The notes beneath the pieces are model-generated. The model searched no databases and was not told the DNA's origin. It worked only from the letters and a program-made list of their open reading frames with translations. A stretch of DNA of 61,572 bases, counting the filler. It is 12 parts of 12 records of this genome, joined end to end, with 100 filler letters (N's around TTAATTAATTAA, not from the genome) between each part and the next. Parts side by side here need not be neighbours in the genome. Positions count along the whole stretch, not along the records: positions 45,545 to 49,733 come from SRR7504441_5085; positions 49,834 to 56,808 come from SRR7504441_5091; positions 56,909 to 61,572 come from SRR7504441_5099; 9 more parts are not named here. One strand, given 5' to 3'. Within the stretch, counting starts at the first letter, position 1. The number at the start of each line of letters is the position of its first letter. This document shows, piece after piece, positions 46,276 through 58,612 of the stretch. The translations under genes and the position numbers were made by a program.

Positions 46276-47488
46276 TCACGCAATCGAACAGCCGGGTGAG
46301 CAGGGCTGCGCGCCGGGCTTCTTCCCGTGCACTCTTCGGAACTCCTTATCAAAATCGAATTCGGCACCGTGTCTCACGAAACCTGGTCCGAACCCCTTCA
46401 GCCGCCGGCGCGTCCACCACGCTTTGCACAGCACCGCCGCGTGTGTCCCGTGGGCCATCTGCACCATCGCCGCCAGCTCCTCCAACGACGCAGCACCGCT
46501 TACCTCACACGCTATCAGCTCCCAGCTCTGCTCCTCGGCTGCTAGGGCCTTCCCCGCCCTGCAGCTGCAACCCACTCGACCCAGCCCCGCCAAATCCAGC
46601 CCCGTCAAAACAAGCAATGACTCCCGGTACGGCAGAATCACCATGGACCGTCTTGCAGTGAACAGCCCCGAACGGCTGGCTGCGAGACTGCTAAACGTGT
46701 CCTGCATGCTTGACAGGACCTGCTCTTGTGTAAGCCGCGCGACAGACGGCTGGTCGGCCTCGGACATGGCCTGCGCCACCGCCTGAGCCAGCAGCGGCGC
46801 GGCGATGTCCTGTGCCCGGCTGCCCTTAAGGTCCTCTGCACGTACCGCCGTGAGCACTGCTCGGCCTGGCCGCACCGTCAACCTTGGCGAGCACCGCGTG
46901 CTTTGAGGCTTGCCAGGCCTCCCAGGAGAGTTCATCAGTCTCCTCGAACAGCCGGGCGACCACAGCCTCCATCCCAGCCCCGCCGCTAGCTGCGAACCAG
47001 TCGACCCTCCCTGGCTCGGCCCCGTCCCCCCCCGCCCGGACAGCGCACCGGGCTAGCACATGCTCGACCTCCTCCCCACAGTCCACAGCCTCCGCCACAG
47101 CCGTCCGCCAGGCGTGGGCCTCGGCAGAGTTGTAGAGCTCGCCGATTTGGGACGCCCGGCTGGAGCCTGGCCAGCCTTCGGGGAGCCCCTCGGTCCGATC
47201 GAGGAAAGCCGCCATGTGCTGCTGGAACCGACTGTTGCCGGCGATGGCCAGGGCGGCCAGCTCACGGGCGGTCCACAGGTCTAGGCTGAGGCTCTTGACT
47301 CTGCTGATGTGCACGCCCAGCCCTCTGTGGACCCCGGCGCAGGTCTCGCAAAACAGCACCCCGGACAGAACGCAGCTCCAGGCCGCCCCCGGCTCGAGAC
47401 GTCCGGCGCAGTCGACGCAGCGCTCGCCGGAGACTAGCGAGCGCACCTCGTCGTCTTTGAGCTCCCGGCGATCGACAGTGGTGGACAT
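46276..47488 (-). CDS. ArfGAP-domain protein
   Basis: CVDC...W...GVLFCETCAGVHRGLGVHISRVKSLSLDLW. GT-AG intron 46836-46875 joins ORF 46276..46935. Confidence 0.88.
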
Positions 47489-47882
47489 GCTACCGAAAGC
47501 CGTTTTGAGCCCGGGAAATACTGTAAGACGATCGAATGGCGGCTTCGGACTCACAGCTACAGCTGACAAAGCCCGATAGATTAACGCATGTAAAACCACT
47601 ATGAAACCACAACTAATTCGATCAAACATGCTCATGTCGGGTCACTCCTTACATGTAGATACTGCTTAAGCTACATGTATAGTGATCATGATCACGTCTA
47701 CAGTTCAATGTTACTGTATCATTGCTACCTTTTCCGTAGCAAAGCGATTGCGGTGACCCTCTTGCTGTTCGTTTCCGTAAGCGCCTGCCTGATTCCCATA
47801 CTCTTCTCGCCTTGCCCGCAAGTTTCTCACCGCCATCTCGAAGTGCTCAGCTGCCAGGGGCGCGCGCATCTCTTCGAAATGA

Positions 47883-49586
47883 TCAGTTTCTGACAATGAT
47901 TATCGTGTCAAACACCGAGTCGTCCTCGTTAATCACTTGTTCGAACGTCAACACAGAAGCGTTTGAGGTGGTCATTCTGCCATATCCCCACTTGGAGAGT
48001 CGTTTCCTCACCCAAGGATTCTGCCCCGGATAAAATGTATCCAAGCCCGGCGCGCCTCCTGCACCCGAGGTGATGTGCAGTGGTGCCAAAGGGTTCTGGA
48101 TGATTTGTGGATTCGTGTAGTTGGCAGCCGACCAATCGCCAACAATGGAACCATTCATGATAGGCCACACAGACTCATAATTGTGCTCGTGCCCAGCAAT
48201 ATAGATGTCGACCTTGTACTTGCTGAACAAAGGCTCCAAGTCTGCTCGTACCTGGGCAATGTGGGTACCATAACTCCAACAGCCCACCTCTTGATCTTGG
48301 TCAGCTGCCAGATCGCCATCCTGGTGCAGCTCGGCGGTGAGGCTGTCAGAGGTGCAGTAGATCGGGAAGTGCGAGCCGACAACTATCCAGGGCACAAGAT
48401 CTCGGTTGGCTGCTGCCGACTGGAGGTCCGCCCGAAGCCAGTCAAGTTGGGGTTGAATCCACACCGAATCGGCCGTATTGTAGTATGCATTCAGATCCAA
48501 CGCCACGAAATGCACTAGGCCGATGTCCGTGCTATAGAACCTGGATGATCGGGATGCTTGCGATCCCCCATGCGTGCCAATCCCCACCGCAGATCCTACA
48601 GTGACAAAAGCGTGCAGTGCCGGGAGCGAGGCCTTGGCATGCTCTTGGCCATAGATGACCCCGTAAGTTTCGTTCAAGTAGTGCTCTGCTGTCCAATAGT
48701 CGCCTGCGAATTCATGATTGCCGAGCACAGGAATCCAAGGAGTGCTCCCAAGGCAGCAGTCGGAAAAAGCATTGAAGTAGCCATCGCCTCGGCTCCCTTG
48801 CGAGTCTTCTATGTTGTATGCATGGTCGCCGAGGTGCACAATAGCATCAATGCGGCCCGCAGCTGCATCTCGTTGAAGATTTCCCATGTTGTTGTACGAA
48901 TAGACGCCCATATCGCCATAAATTGCGAATTTCGTGGGGTGAGCAGCATCCCCTGTCGCGCTGTAAAGCGCTTTGAAAGTGCGCACGTGCGACCAGTCGC
49001 TGCTGCCGCTCTTGACCTGGTAGCTGTACGTCTGGCGTGGTGCGAGCCCCGACATTTTGACGAAGTGCATGTAATACGCCCGGTGCCCCTGGCTCGGGTC
49101 GATGTACACCCGGGTGATGCCTCGAAACACACGGTCGGCTCCGTCCGGCTGACGCACCAGCGCCTGTGGAGCTGCGGGGCTACTCGACTCGTTAAACGTG
49201 ACGAACGCAACCACCATGATGTCGCCCCGCCCGGGATACTGCAAATTGATTTGCTCCGGCATCGCAAGGCTGGGCGGCCCGCAATAGCCCCAGTCGCCTG
49301 CAGCGCTGCCTTTGCAGTAGCACCAGTACGTGGAGGACGGGTCGTGCGAGGGCATGGCACATCGGTCGGCCGCATCGGACAGCGGGTTGCCGCCCCGCCA
49401 CTTTGCGTCCACTGCCGATTGGTCCCGTCCGTTGCCGTCGGCAGCCAGGTGGCTCCAACGGGCGCAGCCAGCGGGACAGTTGGACGGGGGGCGCATCGGC
49501 ACCGAGGCCAGCGAGTCAATCATCTCGGCACGGCCCAACCCCGCCCAGCACGCAATACTCAACAACAGCGCTCGCCCCCTGGACAT
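47883..49586 (-). CDS. Purple acid phosphatase (ACP7-like) with an N-terminal Cys-rich module
   Basis: Signal peptide; PEQINL, FN3-like domain and metal motifs GDMG, GDHAY, GNHE, SHFPIY, GHEHNYE. Confidence 0.92.
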   Translation of the reverse strand: MSRGRALLLSIACWAGLGRAEMIDSLASVPMRPPSNCPAGCARWSHLAADGNGRDQSAVDAKWRGGNPLSDAADRCAMPSHDPSSTYWCYCKGSAAGDWGYCGPPSLAMPEQINLQYPGRGDIMVVAFVTFNESSSPAAPQALVRQPDGADRVFRGITRVYIDPSQGHRAYYMHFVKMSGLAPRQTYSYQVKSGSSDWSHVRTFKALYSATGDAAHPTKFAIYGDMGVYSYNNMGNLQRDAAAGRIDAIVHLGDHAYNIEDSQGSRGDGYFNAFSDCCLGSTPWIPVLGNHEFAGDYWTAEHYLNETYGVIYGQEHAKASLPALHAFVTVGSAVGIGTHGGSQASRSSRFYSTDIGLVHFVALDLNAYYNTADSVWIQPQLDWLRADLQSAAANRDLVPWIVVGSHFPIYCTSDSLTAELHQDGDLAADQDQEVGCWSYGTHIAQVRADLEPLFSKYKVDIYIAGHEHNYESVWPIMNGSIVGDWSAANYTNPQIIQNPLAPLHITSGAGGAPGLDTFYPGQNPWVRKRLSKWGYGRMTTSNASVLTFEQVINEDDSVFDTIIIVRN

Positions 49587-49966
49587 CTCTTCGGGTGGCA
49601 CAAGTCTGCTCCGCGTAGCCCCGGCTGCCAGTGCCCCGCAGATCGAGCCAACCGCAGATCGAGCCAACCGACTCAGCAGACTTTGTATTTGTGGAAATTA
49701 GACTAACACACCAAATGGTGGTGAGCAATGGACNNNNNNNNNNNNNNNNNNNNNNNNNNNNNNNNNNNNNNNNNNNNTTAATTAATTAANNNNNNNNNNN
49801 NNNNNNNNNNNNNNNNNNNNNNNNNNNNNNNNNATAGATTGGTTCGTACACTGTGATCACACTATCTCATGGTGCTCTCAGGTGACACATTGCTGAACAA
49901 TCTCGTCAAGCGCGTCCATCTCCGTACTCATGTACTGCATGGTGAGCAACATGCATCACGATTCGA

Positions 49967-52900
49967 TTACGATTCGATGCACATGCCGCCACGGCACAAA
50001 GGCGTCTTCTCTGTTGGAGGTGGGGAACAGAAGCAACGCTTGGACTTGTCGCAGCAAATCTCGCACACACGATAACCATCTGCATCCTTTTCGTGGCATG
50101 CATGGTCTAACACCCCCTCTGGGATTTTGCCCAACGCTGCCTGGTGGGTCGATACGACAGCAGAGATGTTTGCCAGGACGTCTTTGACCAGTTCGGGAGG
50201 TCCCTTGACTGGGAACATCTCCGATGGATCGTGCTCTATGTTGAAGAGCAGCCACGGCACCTGTTTGCCATACGGCGAGTGAGCGCTACCACTTTGATTG
50301 AGGAACCCTCTCTCAGGGCCTGCGTGTGGCTCATTGGGCTGCTCAGTCCAAAGGTGCGCCTTGTACGGGCCAACTCGCACCGCCTGCAAGGTGGCGCCCG
50401 CATAAAAGAACAGGGCTCTATCTGAATGTGGCTTGGGCGCGCCGGTCAGCATGGGCAACATGGACATTGAATCATAGATGCGGTCCCTCGCCAGTGAGGC
50501 GCCTGCAGCATGCGCCACCGTAGCGAAAACATCAGTTGTAGAGACCACTTCATGTCGCACCTGAGGTTGGATCACACCTGGCCACACAACCAGTCCAGGC
50601 TCTCGCAGCCCGCCCTCCCAGGTCTGAGTCTTCGAGCCGAGGAACTGCACAAAATAGAGGTGGGTGAGTTCCAATCAGAAGTCAAGGCTTACCATGTGAT
50701 TTGAGCCTGTGTGGGCCTCCAGCTGCCGGCCAGGCTGCAGGTGCTGGTGCGCGTCTGGAGCACCGTTGTCTGAAGACATCAAGACAAGTGTATTGCCTGC
50801 AACACCGGCTGCCTCTAGAGCGCTAACGACGGCGCCGATTGAAGTGTTCACTTCGGTGACGCTGTCCCCAAAGATGCCCCGCTTGGATTTGCCTGCCTGG
50901 GCCTTGCCCGCGTACTGTGGCGTGTGTACATGGCCAAATGCCATATACAGGAACCAGGGATCCGCTGACGAGGAGGCACGCTTCACAAAGTCCACAGCAT
51001 TGGTGGTGTAGCGTGCATTGATTGTGGCAAGATCGACCGGCTGCTCAATCACAGTGGTGTTCTCCAGCAGAGGCAGTGGAGTGCACCCATAGTAGTCGTC
51101 GGACCAGCTCTCATCGGTGCGATTGTTGAATGCGAAGCCCATATCCACAGAGTAGGGGATTCCATAGTAGGTATCGAAGCCATGTGCAGTTGGCAGAGCA
51201 TCAGCGACAGAGCCCAAGTGCCATTTCCCGATCTGCACGAAATAGCGGTATGTAAGTTCCAAAATAGCGGTGGGTAAGTTACCATGTGAGTCTGATAGCC
51301 CTGAGTTTTGAGCATCTCAGCCATGGTGATCTCGCTATCCGGCAGGCCCATGTCGCTCGAGCAGGAGAACACTCCTTGTCCACCTGAGCTCGTCGAGGCC
51401 AGGCCATAGCGGATCGGAAGTCGACCGGTTAGCAGAGCAGCACGGGATGGCGTGCAGATGGCGTGGGCCGAGTACCACTGCGTGAAACGGGCGCCTCGTG
51501 CAGCGAGCTTGTTGACGTTTGGGGTCTCTGTTGATGGCGAGCCATAAACTTCCCAGTCGCCGTAACCAGAGCTGCAACACTGAATCAATCACTGCTACCA
51601 GCAGTGCGGCAACTCACTCATCTACAAAAAACATGATGACATTTGGCTTGGCAGAAGTGGCCTCGGTCGATGGGATGTAGTTCGAGCTTGAGAGCTCGTC
51701 TGGCAAAGTTGTGATATTCGGAAGAGTATCTTGGCAAACAAACAGGTCCATGTTATGAGGCTCGCAGAGGCATGTTGGGCTCCCGTCCGAGTCAAGCTTG
51801 TCTGGGCAGCCGCAAAAGGCCGCCCCGCCGCTCTGCTGGATCGTGCTGTCCCATCCTAGAGCAATCTGGTTGGTGACTGGCTCCAGGCTGGCAATATGCG
51901 CGTTGATGGCACTCGTAGCAATCTTGAGTTGCTCATCGAATTCTGCTTTGTTCCTGACTGGGTCGAGTGGGAACCGCTCTGAAGGGTCTTCGTCGATGCG
52001 GTAGATGAGTGGAGTTGGCTGATACACGCCTGGTGGCATGTAGCGTACCGTGCACGACTCCTCCGTCGCAACGAAATGGGTCTTGTAAGCCCCACACCGC
52101 ACAGCCCACAGCCCTGGGTCTACCTGGTTCTTCAGTGGCGACTCCATCTCTGTGCCGCAGAACTTGGCATCAGAGCAGCCCTTCCAATAAAAGATACAGC
52201 TGTGCGCCGATTTGCTTCCGGGCTGCAAAAGCAGCGGCATCATGTCTCTGCCATCAAATACCCGATCCGTCTGTAGAGCGACACCTGCGAGTTTCAAGAT
52301 TGTTGGGAAAATGTCATACGTGGCAACGGGCTCGCTCTCGATCCGTGGCTGGATCACACCCGGCCAGTGCACTATGCCGGGCTCTCGCACCCCGCCCTCC
52401 CACACGCTGCCCTTGCCATCTCGGAATGGACCAGCCGAGCCGCCTTCGAGATGCTCGATTGTCCAGGGTCCGCTGCAAGCCCATTGTCATGCGGGCACAC
52501 TGAGGTGCGCATACTTATCTGACGAGAAGAAGGTGACAGTTGTGGCCGCAGCGCCAACCGAGGCCACACTCTGGATCACCTGCCCAGCCAGCCAATCCAG
52601 CTCCTGCACAGCATCTCCAAACAACCCACGACGCGACGAGCCACAGAACTCTGGTGATACGAAATCCGGGACATGCACGTGCTGGAAGGCCAGATAGAGC
52701 AGCCATGGCCGCTTCTCGGCAGTGCTGTTCCGGATGAAACTATCGGCAAACGCTGCGTATCGTTGGGAGAGCGTATCGAGGTTTGCTGGCTGCTCGACTA
52801 CAGCGTCTCCGGCAAGCAGAGGCAGTGGCGGGAAGGCGCCTTGCTTGCTCCACGCACTCTTGCCCATATCCACTGAATATGGGATGCCGTAGTATTGTTC

Positions 52901-53384
52901 AAAGCCGCGGCTCGTGGGCATGTATTGCGGCTTGGTGCCGAGGTGCCACTTTCCGATCGCAGCAGTGGCGTACCCTGATTCCTGTAGAGCCTCGGCGAAG
53001 GTGGTCTCGTTGGTTGGGAGTCCAGCCTTTGGCGCGTTACTGAACACCCCGCCGAGCCAGCCGCCGCCGCAGGTGCCGCTCCGGACGCACAGGCGGCCAG
53101 TCATCATGGCGGCCCGGGAGGGCGAGCAGATGTGGAAGCCGCTGTACCAGGCGGTGAACTTGACGCCGCGGTTGGCCAGGTCGTCCAGGTTGGGAGTGCT
53201 GGTGGTGGGCGCGCCGTACACCCCGAGGTCCGCGTGGCCCATGTCGTCGGCTGCACCGGGGGCTCGGGGCCGGCCGCAGCCGGGGCGCACCGAACAGGAT
53301 GACGATGTTCGGCCTCGCCGGTGGGTCTGGAGCGCACGCGGCCAGTTGCGCCAGAAATACCGGGAGTAGCCCGAGCCTGTTCAT
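49967..53384 (-). CDS. Arylsulfatase A-like protein with two complete sulfatase domains in tandem
   Basis: Signal peptide. Domain 1: PNIVILFADDMG, CSPSR, GKWHLG, SDNGP. Domain 2: PNVIMFFVDDSG, CTPSR, GKWHLG, SDNG. GT-AG introns 53251-53290, 52473-52514, 51572-51617, 51233-51282 and 50645-50692 each restore a conserved motif. Confidence 0.88.
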
Positions 53385-53727
53385 CGGCGACTGCTGCCAG
53401 CGGGCACAGCTGCCGGGTTGGCAATTTTACCTTGAGCAAGCACGCCGGATGAAGTGATGAACAGGAGCTCGCCACGCAGCCTGAGACGGCTCCGGCCGGG
53501 CGGGTGTGCTGGCCAGCCAACCACGGTGCTGACCATACCGCTCCAGACGCTCGGCAAGCGATGAGCTGCCAGTGACATTAGCCTAATATGCAGTTTTAAA
53601 CATTAGTCTCGTATAAGTCTCGTAAACAATATTATCCGAATCAGTCCTCAGGATAAGATTAATCGCTCAAGTGTGATCGAGTGGTTAGACACTTTTGAGG
53701 TTCTACAGGTGTCCAGAAGTTCAAAGT

Positions 53728-56700
53728 CTACCGATGTAGTAGCCTCGGAGGAGAACCGCGGCGTAATCCGATCTTAGGCGACGGCATGCTGATCTTATAT
53801 GGCGAGACCGAGCGGCTGGCGCCCAAGCTGGCCGGGGTCCAGCCCATGCTGTGTGCCGATGGCGCTGGCACCAATGGTGTGTATCGCAGGGTATTCCCAA
53901 TCTGCCTCCAGATCAGCATAGCCAGCCAACATACGAATACCGGGGCTCGCCATGGCTGTGCAGCTGGCGTGCTCCGGGAGAGCTGAAGCTTTGTCAGCGC
54001 AGCACTGTACCAAACCTCGCATGCAAGGCCTAACTGGCAGCCGGCACCTTCGGTCCTCAGCTCGCAGCCTGTCGTTGGCCCACCAGCGAGGCTCGGACGC
54101 CGCCGGCACTTCAGGCACTTGGATCGCGACCTCTGGCACAGGCGCCGGGGCTGATCCCTCCAGTTGCAGCCGTTTGGCGCTGGTGGAGAGTTGCAACTGC
54201 TTGGATCGGCTCAGCTCGGCGGCTTGTTGCTCCTCGAGTTGAGCCTGGGCAGCTTCCAGCCCTGCGCGCTGGTGGCCCCTCTCAGCCTGCCAGGAGGTCA
54301 GATTGATGGCCGGTGGATGGCTGCCTGCTCTGCCTGCCGTTGCCGGCGCCTGGATTGCTCGAGCGCCTGCATCTCGGCCTGCCGCTGGTCGAGTAGAGAG
54401 TGCACCTCCGAGTGCACCTGCGCTATGTCAATCGGACCCACAGTACGAAGCACACCTGCTTATGCAGCTCCTCTTCACTTCGCCTGACAACCTCCTCACT
54501 TCGCTTGACCGCCTCCTCACTTCGCCAGACAACGGTGCGCCGCTCTGGCTCTTCCTGGTGCCCTTCCTGCAGGCCATCAAGTCGCTTCCTGGCTTCCCCC
54601 AGCAGACTTCGAGCTTGCTGTCGCTCTTTGTCTGCCGCCTGCTCTGCCCGCAGCTGCCGGCTTTTTGCTTCGAGTTGCGCGTTCTGCCTCTCTTTGCTCG
54701 CCTTCCACGAGTTCCTCGTGGCAGTCATCGCATCATGCACCTCCAACCGGAGCTGGTCCCTGCTCGCCGCATCGCCCGCCTGCTCCCGATGCGGACTCCT
54801 GGCGCGGTCTCCCCGATTTTCTGATTCTGCCGCGCCCTCATCACTATGTGCGGCCCGACGATTATGCTCCCGCTCCCGCCGCCGCTTTGCATTTAATTGC
54901 TGGTGCTGCTGCTCCTTAGCGGCCATCATGCTGTGCACCTGCTCCTGGACCTGCCGCTGCCGCTGCTCTGCCTCGAGCAGCTCTGTTTCGTCCTTTGTCT
55001 GCCTCTCCATCTCCAGATACATCTGCAGCGCCTCGAACTCGGCCTCCCGAGCCGCTTCGATGCTCGTTCTCTCCTGCACTTCTCGCGCAACTCGATCGGC
55101 TTGCTCCTGCTCTCTGTCCGCTTTATCCTCCACTCGCTTTCGCCTCCTCGCCGAGTCCAGCTCCGCCGCCTCCCTCTCCTTGGCTGCCATCATCTCATGC
55201 ACCGCCAGCCGCAGCTGCTCTGTGCTCGCTGCCTCGTCCGACTGCTCCTTTCTGAGCTGCTCGGCCGCCTCCTGCTCCGCCTGCACCCTGCTGACGTAGT
55301 CGCCGCCAAGCCGCAGCTGCCGCCACTCCGCCCCGGCCTCTTCCATTGCCTGCCGCACCCGCTGGCGCAGCTCCTGTGATTGCTCTGCCCAGCTCTCCGC
55401 CTGACGACCAGGTGAGCTCTTTTTGCTCATCTCGAACGCTTTGTATTGCTCCTCCAGCCTGGCCTCCCGGTCATCCAGGCTCAGCTCTAGCTGCGCTGGA
55501 CTAGCGGCGCCTTCAGCTTCGACTGCAGCCTCCGGCTCAGCAGGCAGCTGAGCCGACTCCGGGCCAGTCGGCATCGGCTGCAGCAGCGCTGATACCGACA
55601 TTGGTTCGGGCAGCGACAGCCGGGCGCTAGCCGGCTTTTGGGGCGAGAGCGACTGGAGCATGGCCTGTCGCTGGTCCAGCTGCTCGCCCTCCTGCGACAG
55701 CTGAGCCTTCTCTTGGTTCAGCCAAGCCTCTCCCAAACTGGTCCGGCTCTTGACCAACTCCAGCAGCGCAGAGTCTCGCCCAAACTGCACCTGGGCCACC
55801 AGCGCGCCCGCACAGCGCTGCGCTCGAGCGAGTAGCACCCGCGCCCAGTTCAGCCGCGCCCGCCACATCCACACAGCCGACGCGACCCGCTCGGCCAGCT
55901 TAATCGCCTCACGGGCCCGCTCCTGCCGCATTCGGCGCAGCCACAGCGCTGTCTCGGCTCGGCGCCGCCAGGCGAGCCAACGGCGGTGGGCGCGATGCCA
56001 GAGTATCTTCTGGCCCAGCTGGTGGGCGTGGCTTGCCAGCTGCACGATTGCCCTGCGTGCGAGGAGCCAGAATCTGGCTGCAACCGCCCATTGATGGATC
56101 ATCAGCGCCGCCCTCAGCCGGGCCTGCCGGTCCCTCTCAAGCTGCTTGTGGATCAATTCGGCGCGGCTCCGGTTGGCTCTGAGCCTCTCGAGTTCCTGCT
56201 CGCGAGCCCAGCGCCAACGGGCGCTCATCACCTGAAAGCAGACTGCCATCGCAGCAAGAGCGCGACTCCACAGGATCTGCCGGAGCCTCGACACTCGCTG
56301 CCACCACAGCGTGCGCCACTTCCATCGAAGCAATCCCCGGGCGGCCCGACGCTTCAGCCTGAGCTGGGCTGACTGGCATAGCAGCAGCTGAGCCGCGAGC
56401 CATTGAGTGTATCCAGCGAGCATCCTCCTCACAGCGAGCTTGGTCCAGCCCACCAGCCGGATCATTTGTGCCCGCCGGTCCCACCACTGCTGGGCCCTCC
56501 GCCACCGGCCGAGCAGCAGGATGCAGAACTGAGTAAAAACAAAGATCTGCAGACAGCTCAACATGCAGACAGCACCGACTTCCCACCTTGATACGCCACC
56601 ATCTCCAAGCCAACGTCTCGGCCGCTTCGATGCTCGCCCGCCCGAGAGACCAGAGCGAGCTCCGAGCCCGGTCAGCTGCACCGGCCGGTCAGCGGCTCAT

Positions 56701-56808
56701 ATCGAGCCACGCACCAGCTGCTGCCATGTGCCACCTCCGGAACGGGCCACGGCACCGCGCGACTCCCACCAGCCAGCTGGCCCGCGCAATCAGAGCCATC
56801 CCGGCCAT
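53728..56808 (-). CDS. Large coiled-coil protein with a Trp/Arg-rich (Sfi1-like) N-terminal region; 5' partial
   Basis: 752-aa ORF 54423..56681 plus downstream exons; periodic W/R-rich helices followed by an E/Q/R/A coiled coil. Confidence 0.55.
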
Positions 56809-57182
56809 NNNNNNNNNNNNNNNNNNNNNNNNNNNNNNNNNNNNNNNNNNNNTTAATTAATTAANNNNNNNNNNNNNNNNNNNNNNNNNNNNNNNNNNNN
56901 NNNNNNNNTTGCGCGCAGCCCAACCATACCGTCGCAGCCAGAGCTGTCATAACTAGACTCGGCCGATGGGCTTAGGAAGAATAGTAAAGTGATACTAAGT
57001 CTCGAGATACAAATCTGAAACGTGCTTTCGTGCGAACTCCACCTAAGCTTAAGCTTAATTAAGGTTAGGCGGACATCGGTCAGGTTGAGCGCATCAATTT
57101 CACCGACTAACTATCACAGACAACAACAAGTTATCAATAATTCTGAGAAGATCAAGCACGCGTGTGCGTGCTTGTTTCACTC

Positions 57183-58544
57183 TCATAACAGGTGTGGTGC
57201 TCTACGCTGAATTAGCAGCTTCAACTGTAACGAGGTATCGACCAGCTTGCTGTTTAAAGTGCTTGTCTGCCGCAACAGACTCGCTCTCTCGTTACCGCGG
57301 TCTTGCGCGAGCATGGTGAGTAATGCTGAAAGCTGGGATGCGATTCGATGCAGTTGTTTGATCACGGGCAAGGTGGCCTGAACAACAGTCGTGATTGGCT
57401 TGAGCTCAGATCGGGCACCGGGCTAGTTGGGGGCGAGAGCCGTCCTATGGGAACCAACAGGCTTTGTTCTAAATCAACAGAGATTGCTTCTGCCTCGTAG
57501 TCCAGCTGAAAACGCGCACGAGTCAACTATATTGTACGCGTAGACCACTGGGACCTGATCCAAAGGGTCTTGGTAGATAGCTCGTTCAGCAGGCGACTTC
57601 AATGCCTCGTTCTGTGCTTCTACAGCCATGCACAGCATCGTCTGTCAGGCCAGTCAGCCGGGCCTAGGCCTAAGCTCCACCTGCATCCCTAGTTGGTCTG
57701 AGAGCCCAAGCAGCGCTTCTGACTGGGCTTGGTGTGCAGCTGAGAGCTGGTGGCACTCTTTGGCCAAGCTTGCACTCCTGCTCTGCTCCTCTGCAAGTCG
57801 AGAGCGCATCGCCACAAGCTGTTCCTCGGCGCCTGTGCTGGCCAGCCTTTGGACCTCGGCCTGAGCCTCGAGTTCCACCACACGTTGCTGCAGCATTCTA
57901 GCCCTGCCGTACATTCATCCAGCCGCCCTGGCCAATCACAGCTGCCTGGCATCGGCTTCGGCGAACTCGTCCGCGGCCACCACCAGCAGCTGGTGCAGCC
58001 TGTGCATGCCCGCCGGATCCCGACTCTCCTCCGGGTGCTCGCAGCCCAGCTCGTGCGCGCTCATCCTGGGCGAGCCTTCGGGCTGACGCTCGAGCTCAGC
58101 CAGCAGCTGCTGCTGCTGCTCCAAAAGCCGCTTGCTCTCGGCCAACTGCTCCGAAAGCCGCAGCACCGTCTCGCCGGATCCAACCTGCGCCGGCTCGGGG
58201 GCTGGCGCACCGGCCGGGCGCACCGACTGGGACAGCCGCTGGTTGTCCTCGCGCAGCTCCCGGAGCAGCTGTGCTAACTGGCTCTGGCTCCGGGTCAGCT
58301 GGTCGCACTTGCGGCTCAGATCGGCCAGTTGGAGCTCCTGCCCGCCGGCTGGGGGCTGTGGGTCGGCCTGCAGCCGGGCCAGTTCGTGCTCGAGCCGGTG
58401 CTGCTGCTCCAAGGCCGCGTCCAGCTGAGAGATGAAGAGCAGCTTGTCCTCGTGGTGCCGGCGCTCGGCCTGGGCGCTGGCCTGGAGCAGCTTGGAGACC
58501 TGGCTGCTCAGCCGGGCCGTCTCCTGTTGCTGGTCCCGCATCAT
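57183..58544 (-). CDS. Multi-exon coiled-coil protein
   Basis: ORF pieces 57936-58550, 57654-57914 and 57183-57371 with L/Q/E heptads. Confidence 0.55.
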
Positions 58545-58612
58545 CCCCACACTGCAGTGATGGGCCTGTCACTGGCACTCACGTCCATCTTCTGGAGGGT
58601 GGGCGTTGACAC

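Noticed and set aside
9391-53384. Polysaccharide-utilisation cluster (GH28, GH78, sulfatase, phosphatase)
   Set aside because: The genes sit on different contigs; their proximity is an artefact of concatenation.
54468-54530. 21-nt tandem repeat
   Set aside because: Encodes RSEE(A/V)V(K/R) heptads of a coiled coil; ordinary coding repeat.
5012-56908. Recurring TTAATTAATTAA palindrome flanked by Ns, as a repeat or CRISPR-like array
   Set aside because: Identical 100-nt synthetic all-frame-stop spacer used to concatenate contigs.
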